64,000 nt of DNA. It comes from Camelus ferus (taxonomy: Eukaryota). The first letter of the stretch is position 1. Every line of letters begins with the position of its first letter. Made by a program: the position numbers and the translations under genes. The notes beneath the pieces are model-generated. The model was not told the origin of the DNA and did not search any database. It saw only the letters and a program-made list of their open reading frames with translations. The stretch is taken from assembly GCF_009834535.1 (NCBI RefSeq), contig NC_045696.1, positions 92,196,001 to 92,260,000 of the forward strand. Reading direction: 5' to 3'. Positions 61,526-64,000 of this stretch are shown here, piece after piece.

Positions 61526-61573
<48 letters not shown>
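61524..61573. repeat. Compound (TA)/(TG)/(TA) microsatellite
   Basis: Direct read. Confidence 0.9.
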
Positions 61574-62159
61574 CAAGAGGGTCAGAGAGTCCTTAAATGG
61601 CTCTTCTTTTCCTCCTCAACACCTTTGCTTTTCATCCTTAAAAGTCTACCAGAAAAAGGAAACATAGTTTCACTCTCTAAACAGGGAGAGAACTAGGGAC
61701 TCTAATCCTCACTACACAGTGTCTGTCTGTGGAGACCCAGACCCAACCCATCTTCCTGTTACCCGCCTAGCAGCCATCAGAGAAGAAGTCGGATTCTCAG
61801 AGAGAGGGTGCCTCACAGAACTTTGCAGGGGTCCAATGCGAGGAGGTGAAGCTCACATTATTGAAACATGGTAGAAAAGTGCATTCCTTACTCTCTGATC
61901 AGATGCTCTTACAAGTGCACAACTTTTCCCCCTGCTTCTACCCAAATAAACCAGCACCAACTTTTCCGACGGCAGCAGAACTCAGTCCTCCCAGGTTCTC
62001 TCTTGATTCTTCCTCAGTTTTGCTCCTTTAGAGTTAGTAATCGGTGCTCTTGTTTTTGCCTCTGTTTCTTTTCTCTGCTTACTATTATAGTCTATAAATG
62101 CCACCTAAGCAACACATGTCATTTCACAGCATCACCCAAGGTGCATCACACTGCAAACA

Positions 62160-63010
62160 GTTGAAAGACCCAGGTTTTTGTGTGGTTGTCACAACTAGCT
62201 AGGTGACCTTGAAGAAATCACTTCCTCCCTTGAGGGGTTCAATTTCTTCATAGTAAAATGGGATATTAATGTCAGTGCTCTTAGAGCAGGCAGATAGCTA
62301 GGTATGAGCAGAGAAAGGGGGACATAGGCCAAATGGCAGGAATTGGGCAGAAAGGAGGGGCACGGGCCAAAAGCAGGAAACCCTACATCATGTAAACAAC
62401 AGGGGTTCCTGGGCAGAGAAGGAAAAGCAGGAACCTCTGGGCTGATAAGTGGTCACACATTTTGGGGTGACAAGTGACCTGGAGGTGACAAAGAAAGCTG
62501 GGAAAAGGCAGGAATCTCCAGTGTCCGAGTATAACCTTTTGCTCATTATGCTCTCATTTCAATAAAATTAGCCTTTCAGACTAGAAGTACCCATCAAGCA
62601 CCGAAGCCATGACACTTCTGATCCAGACTAAATAAGGACAAAAATCCCTCTTCTCTTCAGGAAGGTGGAGCTGGGATGAAAATCAGGGAATATGACCCCA
62701 AACCCTTCCCTCCCCAATGAATATTCTGCCCATTCATTTTTATGCTCTATGTAACCAACTTACCAAAAAAACTGAGGGCAGCTGCTCACCTGAGCCTGCC
62801 CGCTCTCCCCTTGAGAGTGTTCTACCTGTCCCTTAATAAATCCTCACTTTACTTTCTTGACCTCCACATCCCATCTCGGAATTCTTTCTACGACGGGACA
62901 AGAACCCAGTCACCCGCAGCAGTGTTGTTCATCCAGCATCACTGTTGTGGGGCTGGAGCATGACAATGTATGTTAACGTGTTCACAGTAAACAAACGTAA
63001 AGCATAATTA
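62160..63010 (+). mobile_element. MIR split by the LTR insertion
   Basis: actagctaggtgaccttgaagaaatcactt...tttcttcatagtaaaatgggata before the LTR; ctgttgtggggctggagcatgacaatgtatgt after it. Confidence 0.65.
62279..62921 (+). mobile_element. ERV1-type solo LTR (MER41/MER51-like)
   Basis: Starts tcttagagcaggcagatagc and ends CA. Purine-rich U3, AATAAA at 62835-62840, aattcttt...caagaaccc U5 motif; 4-bp TSD gtgc/gtgt. Confidence 0.8.
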
Positions 63011-63409
63011 TTTTGGGTGCTTTCTGACCCTGCTCACCCTCTCACAGACACAGTGCTCAATTTTCCCATATAAGTTAGTTACGTCCACCCGGAAGGAAAC
63101 AATTACATAAAGGTGTATGTGAAAAATATTTTGAACTGCTCAATAGGAGAAAAATAATTTTACTTCTCCCATGAAAATAATTTGCATAAGGAATTGTTCT
63201 TTTGGTAGTTTCTCAAAAACCACAGGATGTACAGCCAGAAGATCTTGCTTTGTGGTCTAAGAGTCTACTGATTTTAAAGGATAAGAATTCAGAGCAACAA
63301 CTGTACAGTAGGAAGAATTAAAAAAAGCCCTACACCAAAACAAAAAAAAGCAAAGACATATATAAGTGAAGAACAGTCTTCCAGGTAGAGCTATTCCATG
63401 CTGAGGAAT

Positions 63410-63620
63410 CAGTGAAGATTTATTGACAGGTTACCATGTTCCAGGCAATGTGCAAGGTCATGGGGATACAGAGAGGAACAAGGCACAGTTCTCTGTCCTC
63501 TGCGTTGTCTGAGGGACACAGGACAACAACCATGTAATCACAGTATGGTGGGCTATGTCCTCCCATGGAGGTCTTTGGGAACACGTAGGGGAGCCTATCT
63601 CAGGCTTGTATTTGCATAAC
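63410..63620 (-). mobile_element. L2 3' end
   Basis: atttattgacaggttaccatgttccaggcaatgtgcaagg...ggggatacagagaggaacaaggcacagttctctgtcctc. Confidence 0.75.
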
Positions 63621-64000
63621 TATGTGGGTGTCATGGGGGAAAAGACCTCGGTAAGGAGTTTCATGTAATTTGAGTATCTTTGAGTGACTCTGAGCGTGAC
63701 AGGGAGGAAGAACTTGGTGCAGAAAACTGTGCAGGGGAAGAAATCTTTCTAACAAGCTCAAATCGGGCAAGGTTATGTCACTGGGCACTTACTGAGCACC
63801 ATCTCGGCACACGAGGCGGGGACACCTTACGACAGTGACTTAGGAAGACGATGATCACTCTGCTCTGGGTTTAGAAGGCCAAATGTCAGCAACTTGAGAA
63901 TTGTCAACCAACACAAACTACAAAGTAGCAAGTACTCAGCGTGGTTCTTTCATTGCCATAGCTGCTTAAACACCCTGGCCAGCTTTTCTGGAGTGAAGTC

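Noticed and set aside
1..64000. CRISPR arrays, operons, prokaryotic systems or endogenous non-retroviral virus genes
   Set aside because: No repeat-spacer structure and no long non-repeat ORF; the sequence is explained as mammalian intron plus known repeat classes.

Overview
Mammalian genomic DNA, probably from a camelid (inferred from four tRNA-Ala-derived Vic-1-type SINEs and the young L1 3' ends). The whole window lies inside KCNAB1, the voltage-gated K+ channel beta-1 subunit (aldo-keto reductase fold), on the minus strand. Seven short internal coding exons (44, 38, 80, 45, 45, 44 and 87 nt; 61006 down to 16734) have canonical AG/GT ends. They splice in frame to [128 protein letters not shown]. 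The first exons and the 3' exons lie outside the window. The rest is intron filled with L1, L2, MIR, MaLR/ERV LTRs, hAT elements (including a near full-length Charlie8/MER102-like fossil) and microsatellites. Nearly all ORF-track entries are spurious or repeat-derived. I found no convincing novel biological system. The best leads are a CpG-rich candidate poison exon overlapping a zero-spacer RE1-like motif (~53.0 kb), candidate cryptic or micro-exons downstream of the 87-nt exon, a 27-bp locally templated insertion, and a divergent CTCF-like motif pair. Repeat family names come from recalled consensus sequences, not database searches, and the boundaries of old repeats are approximate.
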